The translations under genes were made by a program, and so were the position numbers. Positions 9,881 to 19,220 of a stretch of DNA of 64,000 bases are shown here, piece by piece. A model generated the notes under the pieces. The model saw only the letters and a program-made list of their open reading frames with translations. It was not told where the DNA came from and ran no database searches. The DNA comes from Deltaproteobacteria bacterium (GTDB taxonomy: Bacteria; Bdellovibrionota_C; UBA2361; SZUA-149; JAITKM01): assembly GCA_031278395.1 (NCBI GenBank), contig JAITKM010000007.1, forward strand, positions 222,818 through 286,817, written 5' to 3'. Each line of letters opens with the position of its first letter. Position 1 is the first letter of the stretch.

Positions 9881-11980
9881 TCAATTTCCTTTTAATTTAG
9901 AGGTAATCAAAGCATTACTTAATGTTTCAGCGGAATAGAGTAGGGCGAGCTCTTCTGTGGGGGTTAAATCATCAAATATTTCAAGCTGTGAATCTTTAGA
10001 AGTTAACTTAAAGTTTTTAAGTTTGGAGGTAACGCTTTCCCAGAGTTGTTCATTAACTTCCGGAGCTGGGCTGTTTATTGGTAACATTAAGATATGCAAA
10101 GCATATAGTAAATTATTGCTGAACAGCAATTTAATACCTTTTAATTCAGTTTGATTTAAATTTAATTCTTTTAAGAAATGTTTTGAGCGAACTAAAATTT
10201 GTGGTTTCTGAATTTCTTCAGGAGTTAAAAAGTAGCGCCGCTTTTTAAACCATAATCCAACATTAACTTTGGAAGTCAAAATCGAAATCGGAATTGAGAG
10301 AATTAATCCCAAATTAATCGGCAGCATCCACCAAAAAAGATTGGTAGTCCAATACCACAAAACTAGCATAGTCAACCATCCCAAGCCAGTCTGCCAAATA
10401 TGCCGTTTAACAGCAGTTTTAAAACTGGTTCCCATGTCGCTGCGGCTTTGGATATTCCAAGCAACTGAACGACCAAATAGAATATCAATAATAAATTTGC
10501 TCTGAAACATCATCATGATTGGAGCAAACAAACTACTAATAATTATTTCTATAAAAACACTTTTTAAAGTTTGCCAGATTCGCATTTTCGATTGTTGTAA
10601 ATATATGATGACCCCCAAAAATTTAGGGACAAGCAACATCGACATGGAGAGCGCAAATAACAAAATCGTTCCCAACACATCAAAAATAGGCCACTCTGGA
10701 AATAAAGTTTTGTAGGTAGAAAAATAAACTGGCGGGAAAAATATTTTACTTAACGCAACTGCTAAGCCAATGATTAAAAACGAAAGCCAGAGTAATGACG
10801 ACAAGTAAGACATAATCCCAATAATAAAGTGGATTCTACTAATCGGATGTATGCCTTTAGCAAATAAAACTTTTAAGTGTTGAAGATTGCCTTGACACCA
10901 ACGCCTATCACGGATGGCAAAATCAATTAAAGTCGGCGGAACTTCCTCATAACTGCCCTCTAAATCTGGCAACAACCAAGTTTCCCAGCCAGCTCGCTTA
11001 ATTAATGCCGCTTCAACAAAATCATGACTTAAAATATAGCCACCAAAAGGTTGTCGTCCTTTTAGAACAGGCAGACCACAACTATCCATAAAAGCTTGCA
11101 CTCTAATAATTGCGTTATGTCCCCAATAATTACTGGAATTACCTTGCCAATAGGCTGTACCAAAAGCCACGACAGGACCATAAACTTTACTGGCAAATTG
11201 TTGTAAGCGAGCAAATAAGGTATTGTGATTAATAGCTAGCGGAGTGGCTTGAATAATTCCAGCTTGCGGGTTGTTTTCCATAGTTTTGGCTAGGTAAATC
11301 ATAGTTTGCGCTGTAATTAAACTGTCTGCGTCAAGCACAATCATAAAATTGTAGTTTTTCCCCCATTTATTACAAAAGTCTTCAATATTGCCAGACTTGC
11401 GGGCAATGTTTTTTGGGCGCTTGCGATAAAATAAATTAATGTGGGGAATGATAGTGCCTGCTGCGCTAGAGTGAGTATGCGCTTGAACTATCTTAGCTAT
11501 GAGTCTTTTGGCATCTAACCAAGTTTTTTCTTCATCAATCCAAACTTTGGGGTTCGTTGTGTCACTTAAAATAAAAAAATCAAAATTGTTTATTTGACCC
11601 TGCCTAGTTAAATCCTCTGCCATAGCTAAGACATTTGCAAAAACCTGCTGGGGGGATTCATTATAGACTGGAACTAAGATAGCTGTTTTGGTTGAGAGTG
11701 TTATATTTTCTGGATTAGACTTAGTAAGTTTAGTTTGTTTTTTTTGCGCCAACCAAGCCAAGAATCCAAAAATACTAGACCAAAAAAATAGCGCAATCCA
11801 AGCAAAAGTTAGCGCAAACAGCACGATACTAGCAATTGCGGTGTAGTTAGAAATATCAGTCGGTAAAGATTTTATCCATTTTAATGTAGCCAAAAGCGTG
11901 TTGAGGATTGTGATCCCAAAAATTTTTAGACGTCTTTGGGATAAGGTGGAGTCAGGGATTTTTAATTCAGAGCAGCTCAT
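9881..11980 (-). CDS. opgH: Glucans biosynthesis glucosyltransferase H (GT2, osmoregulated periplasmic glucan synthase)
   Basis: Multi-TM protein with GT2 DxD region (VLDADSL), QxxRW-like RDRRWCQGN, and the ILSHDFVEAALIKRAGW block typical of MdoH/OpgH. Confidence 0.85.
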   Translation of the reverse strand: MSCSELKIPDSTLSQRRLKIFGITILNTLLATLKWIKSLPTDISNYTAIASIVLFALTFAWIALFFWSSIFGFLAWLAQKKQTKLTKSNPENITLSTKTAILVPVYNESPQQVFANVLAMAEDLTRQGQINNFDFFILSDTTNPKVWIDEEKTWLDAKRLIAKIVQAHTHSSAAGTIIPHINLFYRKRPKNIARKSGNIEDFCNKWGKNYNFMIVLDADSLITAQTMIYLAKTMENNPQAGIIQATPLAINHNTLFARLQQFASKVYGPVVAFGTAYWQGNSSNYWGHNAIIRVQAFMDSCGLPVLKGRQPFGGYILSHDFVEAALIKRAGWETWLLPDLEGSYEEVPPTLIDFAIRDRRWCQGNLQHLKVLFAKGIHPISRIHFIIGIMSYLSSLLWLSFLIIGLAVALSKIFFPPVYFSTYKTLFPEWPIFDVLGTILLFALSMSMLLVPKFLGVIIYLQQSKMRIWQTLKSVFIEIIISSLFAPIMMMFQSKFIIDILFGRSVAWNIQSRSDMGTSFKTAVKRHIWQTGLGWLTMLVLWYWTTNLFWWMLPINLGLILSIPISILTSKVNVGLWFKKRRYFLTPEEIQKPQILVRSKHFLKELNLNQTELKGIKLLFSNNLLYALHILMLPINSPAPEVNEQLWESVTSKLKNFKLTSKDSQLEIFDDLTPTEELALLYSAETLSNALITSKLKGN

Positions 11981-12432
11981 TTTTTCAAAACCTTGCTAAA
12001 TAATTTTCGCAGATTAAAAATAGAACTAAGTTTTTGTGGACGCATTTGTGATACCTTATATTCGGGGATAATTTCTAAGTTAAAATCTTTGACAAAAAAG
12101 AAATCTTGTTTCAGTTCAGTGCTAAAATCATAATATTCTGCCACCTGATTTAAAATGAAATAAAACTTAAAGAAAGCCAGCAATTCATAATCTTTTAACT
12201 TGTCATGAATAAAAATCTTCTTAGCTTCTAAAAATAAAAAACTATCCAGGAGCATTATAAAATCGTTTTGGGTATAATTCTCGGATACTGACTGCTTGGT
12301 GTTGATAATACAGAGTTCTTTGATTTTTTCTAAAACAGTCTGGGCAACTATTTTAGCTTTATTCTGGTTGTAGCCCAGTGTTTCCAAATAGGCTATTGTA
12401 ATTGCAAGGGGTTGAGAATTTACGGTAACCAT
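11977..12432 (-). CDS. Hypothetical protein between opgG and opgH
   Basis: Open frame overlapping both neighbours by 4 and 13 nt (operon-internal). No recognisable motifs. Confidence 0.4.
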   Translation of the reverse strand: MVTVNSQPLAITIAYLETLGYNQNKAKIVAQTVLEKIKELCIINTKQSVSENYTQNDFIMLLDSFLFLEAKKIFIHDKLKDYELLAFFKFYFILNQVAEYYDFSTELKQDFFFVKDFNLEIIPEYKVSQMRPQKLSSIFNLRKLFSKVLKK

Positions 12433-14141
12433 TGATAGCTCCAGACTTCCGAAATAATTTTATCCTCTTTCTTTAAGGCAATCCTAATTTCACTAATCTT
12501 GCGCGGCGGCACAAAATCAAAGTAGACCGTCGCGCCTTTAGTAAGTGGATTATAAACCAAACTAACGTCTAAAATTTCGCCTTCTGATAAATAAACATCG
12601 GGCTTAATAAGCTGTTCTTTAAGCTCAGTCTCTGAAAACTTACCGCTAAAGTTTACTACAAATTTACGCTTTTCGCGTTCTAATAAACTAGAGATTGAAT
12701 CCGTTCCAGTAAGAGTTGAATCCACACGAGCTACATTGCTTTTTTTAGGAATATTATCGCACCAGTATAACATATATTTAAAACTATATTCTTGTTCTGG
12801 AACAATCTCAGCTTCTGGTACCCAATAAGTAACAATATTATCATTGACGTCTTTGATAGATGGAATCTCAACTAATTGCAGCATGCCTTTACCCCAATTC
12901 CCCAGCGGCTCAACCCAAACGCTTGGTCGTTTTTCATATTCATTTTCTAAGTCGTAATAGTGTTTGCCACGTCTATCGCGTTGCAGCAAACCAAAGCCTT
13001 GAGGGGTTTCGTCAAGAAATGAGCTGATACGCAAATATTTTGAATTATCTAGTGGTCGCCAGAGCCACTCGCCTTTGCCGTTTAAAATGAGTAAGCCGTC
13101 GCTGTCGTGGACTTCGGGACGGTAGTCATCAAAGCGATTTTTAGTATTTTCTCCAAATAAAAACATGGAAGTTAGCGGTGCAATACCGAGCTTTTTGATT
13201 TTTGTGCGCGGAAATAAATTAGCTTCAACTTCAACTAGAGTGTTTTTGCTTGGGGTTAAGTGAGCTGGCGTAATTGTGAATTTATAGGCGCCGCTAATGC
13301 TTGGGCTGTCTAGTAGAGCATAGACTTTAACAGAAGTTTCGGCTGGGTTAGGGCGTTCAATCCAAAATTCTTTAAAATATGGAAATTCTTCGCCAGTTTG
13401 TTCGGCTGTATCAATAGCTAGTCCGCGCGCGGAAATTCCGTAATGTTGCTTTTTGGATAGTGCTCTAAAATAACTAGCTCCTAAGAATGAAATTAAATCG
13501 TCATAATAAGTTTTGGTGTTAAGTTGTGTATGTAGTCTAAAACCAGCAAAACCGGTTAGGGTGTTAGGAGGATTGTCGGTGCTGAATTTTTTAACCCAAT
13601 TACTAAAGATGGCATTTTCTTCTGGCAGAGGGATATGGTTATAGGTGAACATTTCAGGCGCGTATTTAAGGGGTAAAGCTTTGCCACGATAAACTTCGTG
13701 GATTGGAACAGGGATTTGAAAAATTGAGCCGAGGTGGTGAAAAGTTAATTCAAAAGGTAGTCTTTTGTTAGCCCATGGATTGTTTTTGCGTTCCCAGCGT
13801 AGATTTTTATGTTTGTCATAGTCTAATTTTTTTAATTCTTCGGGCAAAATATTTTCTGGATTTTGAAAAGGTTGGCTAGCGAGTTCTTTAGCTTTTTGGA
13901 TTAAAATTTTTTGGTTAAAAGCAATAGCATTGGGGGGATCTGGTTCTGCTGGTTCAGTTATGTCATTAGCGGTTGAGGTATTGGTATTTTGTTGAGTTGT
14001 TTGATTGGTTGTTGTTTGAGATGAGAGTTTTTTAAAATTAAGAGGTATAAATTTGTCGGCGAAAGATAAGACGTCAAACCAATATAATACTCCAGATATA
14101 AACAGAATGATTAGTAAAAATTTAGTTATGAATTTAGTCAT
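12420..14141 (-). CDS. opgG: Glucans biosynthesis protein G (periplasmic, MdoG/OpgG family)
   Basis: Signal peptide. Conserved MdoG block GLAIDTAEQTGEEFPYFKEFWIERP ... YALLDSPSISGAYKF. Confidence 0.8.
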   Translation of the reverse strand: MTKFITKFLLIILFISGVLYWFDVLSFADKFIPLNFKKLSSQTTTNQTTQQNTNTSTANDITEPAEPDPPNAIAFNQKILIQKAKELASQPFQNPENILPEELKKLDYDKHKNLRWERKNNPWANKRLPFELTFHHLGSIFQIPVPIHEVYRGKALPLKYAPEMFTYNHIPLPEENAIFSNWVKKFSTDNPPNTLTGFAGFRLHTQLNTKTYYDDLISFLGASYFRALSKKQHYGISARGLAIDTAEQTGEEFPYFKEFWIERPNPAETSVKVYALLDSPSISGAYKFTITPAHLTPSKNTLVEVEANLFPRTKIKKLGIAPLTSMFLFGENTKNRFDDYRPEVHDSDGLLILNGKGEWLWRPLDNSKYLRISSFLDETPQGFGLLQRDRRGKHYYDLENEYEKRPSVWVEPLGNWGKGMLQLVEIPSIKDVNDNIVTYWVPEAEIVPEQEYSFKYMLYWCDNIPKKSNVARVDSTLTGTDSISSLLEREKRKFVVNFSGKFSETELKEQLIKPDVYLSEGEILDVSLVYNPLTKGATVYFDFVPPRKISEIRIALKKEDKIISEVWSYQWLP

Positions 14142-14300
14142 GCTCTATGCCTCGTTGTGTTATAAAAAGATAGATATTTTGAAAGCTAAAGGGTGTGGAT
14201 GTCTAAAATAATATTCCAGTTTTTGCAATAAGTTATCTGAATTTTTTCTGTTATAATAATCGGTTAAGCCGTTTTTTTATATGAATTTATGAGGACTATA

Positions 14301-14324
14301 TTACAGGCAATCCTGCCTGTGCAT
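14301..14324. repeat. REP-like palindrome copy 1 (ACAGGCAATCCTGCCTGTG) at the 3' end of the ABC ATPase gene
   Basis: Imperfect palindrome shared with 27471-27496 (inverted), 32000-32033 and 58380-58412. Confidence 0.6.
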
Positions 14325-14343
14325 TTATTCTAAGAGATGTAAA

Positions 14344-15048
14344 TTATTTTGCGACATAGTTTTTGACTAAGCCATCATATTCTTTAGAGCCATCAGAAAT
14401 ACGAATCAGGCGGTCAGCATATTGAGCAATATCTGGTTCGTGAGTAACCAGGATGATTGTGCAACCTTGTTTTTTGTTGAGGTCAGTTAAAAAAAGCATA
14501 ATTTCATCACTAGTCTTACTATCTAAATTTCCAGTTGGTTCGTCAGCTAAAATAATTTCTGGATTATTAACTAAAGCGCGAGCAATAGCTACGCGTTGTT
14601 GCATACCACCAGAAAGTTGTGTTGGGAAACGATCTTCGTAACCCTTAAGTCGAACAATTTCTAAAAGTTTTTCAGCTTGAGCGCGACGGAACAGTTTATC
14701 TTTGCCCATGTAAATTAGCGGCAAAGAAACATTATCCGCAATAGTTCGCTTCATTAGTAAATTAAAACCCTGAAAAACAAAACCAATTAATGTATTACGA
14801 ATACTTGCTAATTCATTATCCGTAGCCTTAGCTATTTCTCTTTGAGCCAAAATATAGGAACCACCAGTTGGACGGTCCAGACAACCTAAAATATTCATCA
14901 GTGTTGATTTGCCAGAACCAGACGGTCCCATTATCGCAACAAACTCGCCCTGCTCAACAGAAAATGAAACATCCTTTAAAACAGGATGTTCTAAACCACC
15001 TTCCAGATAGTAAGTCTTATATAAAGATTTTATTTCAATAACGGACAT
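14344..15048 (-). CDS. ABC transporter ATP-binding protein (MacB/LolD/DevA type)
   Basis: Walker [13 protein letters not shown] signature [15 protein letters not shown]. Walker [12 protein letters not shown]. Confidence 0.9.
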   Translation of the reverse strand: MSVIEIKSLYKTYYLEGGLEHPVLKDVSFSVEQGEFVAIMGPSGSGKSTLMNILGCLDRPTGGSYILAQREIAKATDNELASIRNTLIGFVFQGFNLLMKRTIADNVSLPLIYMGKDKLFRRAQAEKLLEIVRLKGYEDRFPTQLSGGMQQRVAIARALVNNPEIILADEPTGNLDSKTSDEIMLFLTDLNKKQGCTIILVTHEPDIAQYADRLIRISDGSKEYDGLVKNYVAK

Positions 15049-15091
15049 GCTGATAATTTGTAATTACGTTCTCTTAACCTCTAGGGAGCGT

Positions 15092-16237
15092 TTATTTTTT
15101 CTTTATTTTAGCCTTCAAATATTCTGCAATTACTTCGTCACCTTCCTGTAAGCCAGAAATTATTTCTGTATTTGAAACATCTGACAACCCGCGTGTGATT
15201 TTAACTGGAACCACCTCATAGTTTTTAAACTGATAGACTAATGTTTCTTCATTTTTCAAGTTTTTTATAAACTCTCGCGTAGGTTTTTCTTTTAATAAGT
15301 CGCCAGGCTTAAACTGAAATACAACATTGGGTAGTCTTAAGACGTTAGTAACCTCTTTAATTTTAATCGTAACAAAAGCAGTCATTCCAGGTAATAATTT
15401 TTCGTTATCATTATTAATATGAATTACCACAGTATACATGATAACGTTTTGCTCTTTGGTTGGGTTTAAACGGATTTGCTCAATTTTACCAGTAAAGATT
15501 TCACCCGGATGAGCATCAACTGTAAAAGTAACTTCTTGGTTTTGATTAATCATGCCAATATCAGCTTCGGCAATACTTGCTTCAATTTGCATTTTTTTTA
15601 AGTCTTCTGCAATTTCAAAAAGAGTAGGGGTTTGGAAACTAGCAGCCACTGTCTGCCCACGTTCGATTTGTCTTGAAATTACAGTGCCTGAAACTGGCGA
15701 AGTAATTTCGGCATAACTAAGGTTACGCAGCGCCTTGTTATATCTTGATTGAGCGCTTTCCATGTCGGAGAGCGCAGTCGCTAGATCAACCTCAGCCTGC
15801 TCAAGTTCATATTTAGCAATGTAATTATCTATAAATAATTTTTTATTTCGGTCAGTATTAAGCTTTGAAATATTATATCTAGTTTTGGTTTGTTCTAATT
15901 TGGCTTTAGCTTCGTTGAGATCTTCATTAAGTATAGTTTTATCTAGTTCAGCAAGTTTTTGTCCTTTTTTGACTTTGTCGTTATAGTCGGCAAATACGTT
16001 TTCAATAATCCCAGAGACTTGGGTTCCAACACTAATAATATTAATGGGACGCAGAGTGCCGCTAGCTGTAACGCTTTGTGAAACTCGCCCGTGTCGGACT
16101 TTTTCAAATTCAAAATCAGTGGCTTTTAAGTTATGCTCGGTTGAAGTGCAACTACGAATCACGACGCCAATTATAAATATCACAATTATTAAGACAATAA
16201 TTTTAATTTTTGATTTTTTTTTCATCTGATTACTCAT
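15092..16237 (-). CDS. HlyD/MacA-family periplasmic adaptor (membrane fusion protein)
   Basis: N-terminal TM anchor, long coiled-coil hairpin region, and C-terminal beta-barrel/lipoyl-like segments. Confidence 0.8.
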   Translation of the reverse strand: MSNQMKKKSKIKIIVLIIVIFIIGVVIRSCTSTEHNLKATDFEFEKVRHGRVSQSVTASGTLRPINIISVGTQVSGIIENVFADYNDKVKKGQKLAELDKTILNEDLNEAKAKLEQTKTRYNISKLNTDRNKKLFIDNYIAKYELEQAEVDLATALSDMESAQSRYNKALRNLSYAEITSPVSGTVISRQIERGQTVAASFQTPTLFEIAEDLKKMQIEASIAEADIGMINQNQEVTFTVDAHPGEIFTGKIEQIRLNPTKEQNVIMYTVVIHINNDNEKLLPGMTAFVTIKIKEVTNVLRLPNVVFQFKPGDLLKEKPTREFIKNLKNEETLVYQFKNYEVVPVKITRGLSDVSNTEIISGLQEGDEVIAEYLKAKIKKK

Positions 16238-17630
16238 TTTCAGCTAACGCCCTTAATAAATTACTCTTGGCAATGAAAACGTTATAAACTGCTGAAACTT
16301 TTTCAACGCGGGCAGTAGCTAACTTAGATTGAGCGTTAAGTAGATTAAGAATATTGCCTTTTCCAGCTTTATATGCCCCCAGTGCAACTTTTTCATTTTC
16401 TAAGGCGCTATCTAAGAGCTTAATACTAATTTCGTGATTTTTAATTGCCGTTGTCCAGTTTTGATAAGTATCCCAAACATCAAGCTCTACAATTCTTTGG
16501 GTTCTCTTTAAGTCAGCTTTAGCGCTTTCAACTAAATAACGGCTTTGCATAATGTTGTAGGTATTACTAAATCCAGTGAAGATTGGAAAGGATAATTCTA
16601 AGCCAATTGTGCCGTTGTTTGAATTACTGTCATCGTTGCTAAATCTATCGTTAATCCCCAGTGAACTAGTTAAAGAAAGCGTGGGATAGTTTTTTTTCTG
16701 AGCAGCTTCAAGATTAGCCGTTGCGGCTTGCAATTCAGCTTTTTTGGCAGCCAGATCAGAACGTTTGTTAAGTGTAGATTTGATTAAGTCTTCAAGTTGT
16801 CCTTGAAATTGTAATTCCTTAATATCGGGAAAAAATTCAGCAAAATTAAGTTTAGCATATGGCGCCAGATTTAAAAGGGAAAGTAGTTTGCCTTTACTGA
16901 TTTGAAAATTATTTTCTGTGCGAGTTCGGTCTAGTTGCGCTTGAGCATATGAAGTTTCAGCTTGTAATTTATCACTCAACGCGACTAGTCCAAGTTCATA
17001 ACGCTTGCTGGCTGCCTCAAAAGCTGATTTAGCACTAGCTTCATTAGCTAAAGCGCTTTGGGTAGCGGAGTGGTAACTGAGCATAGTATAATAAGCTGAG
17101 GTAATATCATAAATTGTGCTACGTAGATTGTGGTCAAAGGAGAAGTTTGCAGAAAGTAGATTTTGTTTAGTTTTTTCAATGTACGCGGGCGTTGCTCCAA
17201 AATCAAAAAGTAACCAACTTAAAGAAAGATTAGCGCTAGTGTCAGAGTTATAAGTTTTATTTCTACTATTTAGCAAACTGTCTGATTCTGAGAATTTGCG
17301 ATTTAGATTAGCGCCGGAGTTTATTTTGGGTAAATATCCAGAGAGAGCTTGTCCGTAACTGGCGGCGCTGGCTCTAGCTTGCATGTAATTTTGTCTAATC
17401 GTCGGGCTATTGCAAATTGCAATTTCGATTATGTCGGCTAAGTAAAAAGCTTGGTTTGTATCAATTTGTTTTTCGTAACATTCAGTGAAGTCGGGTGAAT
17501 TTTGGAGCGCGTCAAATGGGTCGTCTATAGAGAAGGCAAAGGCTGCTGGCAAGTATGCAAGTGAGATGTAGGTAAATAATATATATTTATATAATTTGAA
17601 CATATTTGAGCGCTTATTAAATGTGAGCAT
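16230..17630 (-). CDS. TolC-family outer-membrane efflux protein
   Basis: Signal peptide and two tandem TolC-type repeat halves rich in coiled-coil (A/L/Q/N). Overlaps the adaptor gene start by 8 nt. Confidence 0.8.
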   Translation of the reverse strand: MLTFNKRSNMFKLYKYILFTYISLAYLPAAFAFSIDDPFDALQNSPDFTECYEKQIDTNQAFYLADIIEIAICNSPTIRQNYMQARASAASYGQALSGYLPKINSGANLNRKFSESDSLLNSRNKTYNSDTSANLSLSWLLFDFGATPAYIEKTKQNLLSANFSFDHNLRSTIYDITSAYYTMLSYHSATQSALANEASAKSAFEAASKRYELGLVALSDKLQAETSYAQAQLDRTRTENNFQISKGKLLSLLNLAPYAKLNFAEFFPDIKELQFQGQLEDLIKSTLNKRSDLAAKKAELQAATANLEAAQKKNYPTLSLTSSLGINDRFSNDDSNSNNGTIGLELSFPIFTGFSNTYNIMQSRYLVESAKADLKRTQRIVELDVWDTYQNWTTAIKNHEISIKLLDSALENEKVALGAYKAGKGNILNLLNAQSKLATARVEKVSAVYNVFIAKSNLLRALAENE

Positions 17631-17937
17631 TTACGGAGTGACGAAACGTTGATATTCTTCGTTACCCGCCTAAGTTTTAAAATGCGCACTGTTTTTGATG
17701 AAAATTACTAACGCAACGTTTCGATTTTTTTATTTTTTTTGGTGATAAGAAGTAAAATCTAATATCTACCAAACTGGTAAGAGTTACAAAAATTTGACAC
17801 TTTTTTGTAAACGCCGCCTTTTTGACAATCTCTAAACTTTAATTCGAATATTTTTTCGAAAATAAAAATTAAGATATTCAAGTAATTACTGCGCCTTTCA
17901 AATTTAAATCAATTTTATTGAGCAAGGTTTATTTTTC

Positions 17938-17953
17938 GGCATGCTCCTTGCTT
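17938..17953 (+). promoter_or_regulatory. Sigma-54 (RpoN) -24/-12 promoter upstream of flgB: cGGCATG-N4-TTGCT
   Basis: GG and GC elements separated by exactly 10 nt, matching TGGCAC-N5-TTGCW. Lies ~40 nt upstream of the flgB ATG. Confidence 0.55.
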
Positions 17954-17992
17954 TCAGGTTACAGAGTCAAAAATTAATCATGAATTTGAATT

Positions 17993-18412
17993 ATGAAATT
18001 ATTTAACGAAAGAAGCATAATACTCAGTGAAAAAGTTCTGGACTTGTCTTTTAGACGACATGGAATTTTAACTTCTAATGCCGCTAACAGCGAAACTCCC
18101 GGCTTTAGAGCTAAAGAGCTTGATTTTGCTAAAGAGCTTGAACGAGCTTGGAAAGTAGGAAGCCCAAACCTTAGTTTAACTAATAATCTTAGATTGACTA
18201 ACACCAGACACTTAAACACAGATTTTAATCCAGCCTCAAATGCTAAACTTGTTTATGACAATAGCGGCGCCGTAGGAGCGGATGGCAATAATGTAGATTT
18301 GGATATTAACCTGGGAAAAATCTCAACCAACGCTAGTCAATACACTGGCGCCATAACTTTACTGGGTATGAAATTAAAAATGTTAAAAAATGCCGTAACT
18401 AACAAAGGATAA
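17993..18412 (+). CDS. flgB: Flagellar basal-body rod protein FlgB
   Basis: The N-terminal sequence LSFRRHGILTSNAANSETPGFRAKELDF matches the FlgB family. Confidence 0.9.
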   Translation: MKLFNERSIILSEKVLDLSFRRHGILTSNAANSETPGFRAKELDFAKELERAWKVGSPNLSLTNNLRLTNTRHLNTDFNPASNAKLVYDNSGAVGADGNNVDLDINLGKISTNASQYTGAITLLGMKLKMLKNAVTNKG

Positions 18413-18416
18413 AATT

Positions 18417-18851
18417 ATGTTTGGTTCAATTTATAACATAGCAGCTGGAGCCTTAAGCGCTAACCGTCTGCGCATTAATGTGGTAGCTAGTAATATTGCA
18501 AACGCCGAAACAACTCGGACTGAAGAAGGCGGACCCTACAAACGTCGTGAAGTAATTATGACCACAGTTACACCGCCAAGAGAATCTTTTGCGTCATTCT
18601 TAGAAAAAAAAGAATTAAAAGGCGTGCGGGTAGCGGAAATTCATGAAGATGAAAACCCTCCGCGTCTGGTTTATGATCCAGCGCACCCAGATGCAGATCC
18701 CGTTACTGGCAACGTAGCTCTGCCGAATATTAATCCAGTGGCGGAAATGACTAATATGCTCACAGCAAGTGCGGCATATAAAGCAATGGCGGAAATTGTT
18801 GGAGTTACTAAAGATATGGCAACAGCTTTAAAAGGCTTAGCGGATAAATAA
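18417..18851 (+). CDS. flgC: Flagellar basal-body rod protein FlgC
   Basis: NIANAETTRTEEGGPYKRREV and the C-terminal rod-family motif. Confidence 0.9.
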   Translation: MFGSIYNIAAGALSANRLRINVVASNIANAETTRTEEGGPYKRREVIMTTVTPPRESFASFLEKKELKGVRVAEIHEDENPPRLVYDPAHPDADPVTGNVALPNINPVAEMTNMLTASAAYKAMAEIVGVTKDMATALKGLADK

Positions 18852-18878
18852 TATTAATTAATATTTTTTAAGAAAACT

Positions 18879-19205
18879 ATGAACAACATAACTGGCGTAT
18901 ATAATTCAACCGGAAGATTAATTAAAGATGCAGCGCCTGTCTCTGCAATTCCAAAAATCACTGGTGATGTGCAGCAAGTTGGGCAACAGTCATTTGCGGA
19001 TATGTTGGCAGAACAGATAAACAAGGTTAATGCCGAAGGCATTACGGCTGATGATAAAATGGCAAACTACTTGGTTGGCAAAGAAGCTGATCCACATAGT
19101 GCAATTTTAGCTTTGCAAAAAGCTGATATTTCTTTCCAATTACTAACCAGTGTTAGAGACAAAGTCATACAGGCATATCAGGAAGTTATGAGAACACAAT
19201 TATAA
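18879..19205 (+). CDS. fliE: Flagellar hook-basal body protein FliE
   Basis: Size and the conserved C-terminal region (LALQKADISFQLLTSVRDKVIQAYQEVMRTQL). Confidence 0.85.
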   Translation: MNNITGVYNSTGRLIKDAAPVSAIPKITGDVQQVGQQSFADMLAEQINKVNAEGITADDKMANYLVGKEADPHSAILALQKADISFQLLTSVRDKVIQAYQEVMRTQL

Positions 19206-19220
19206 TAATTAATAAAAAAT

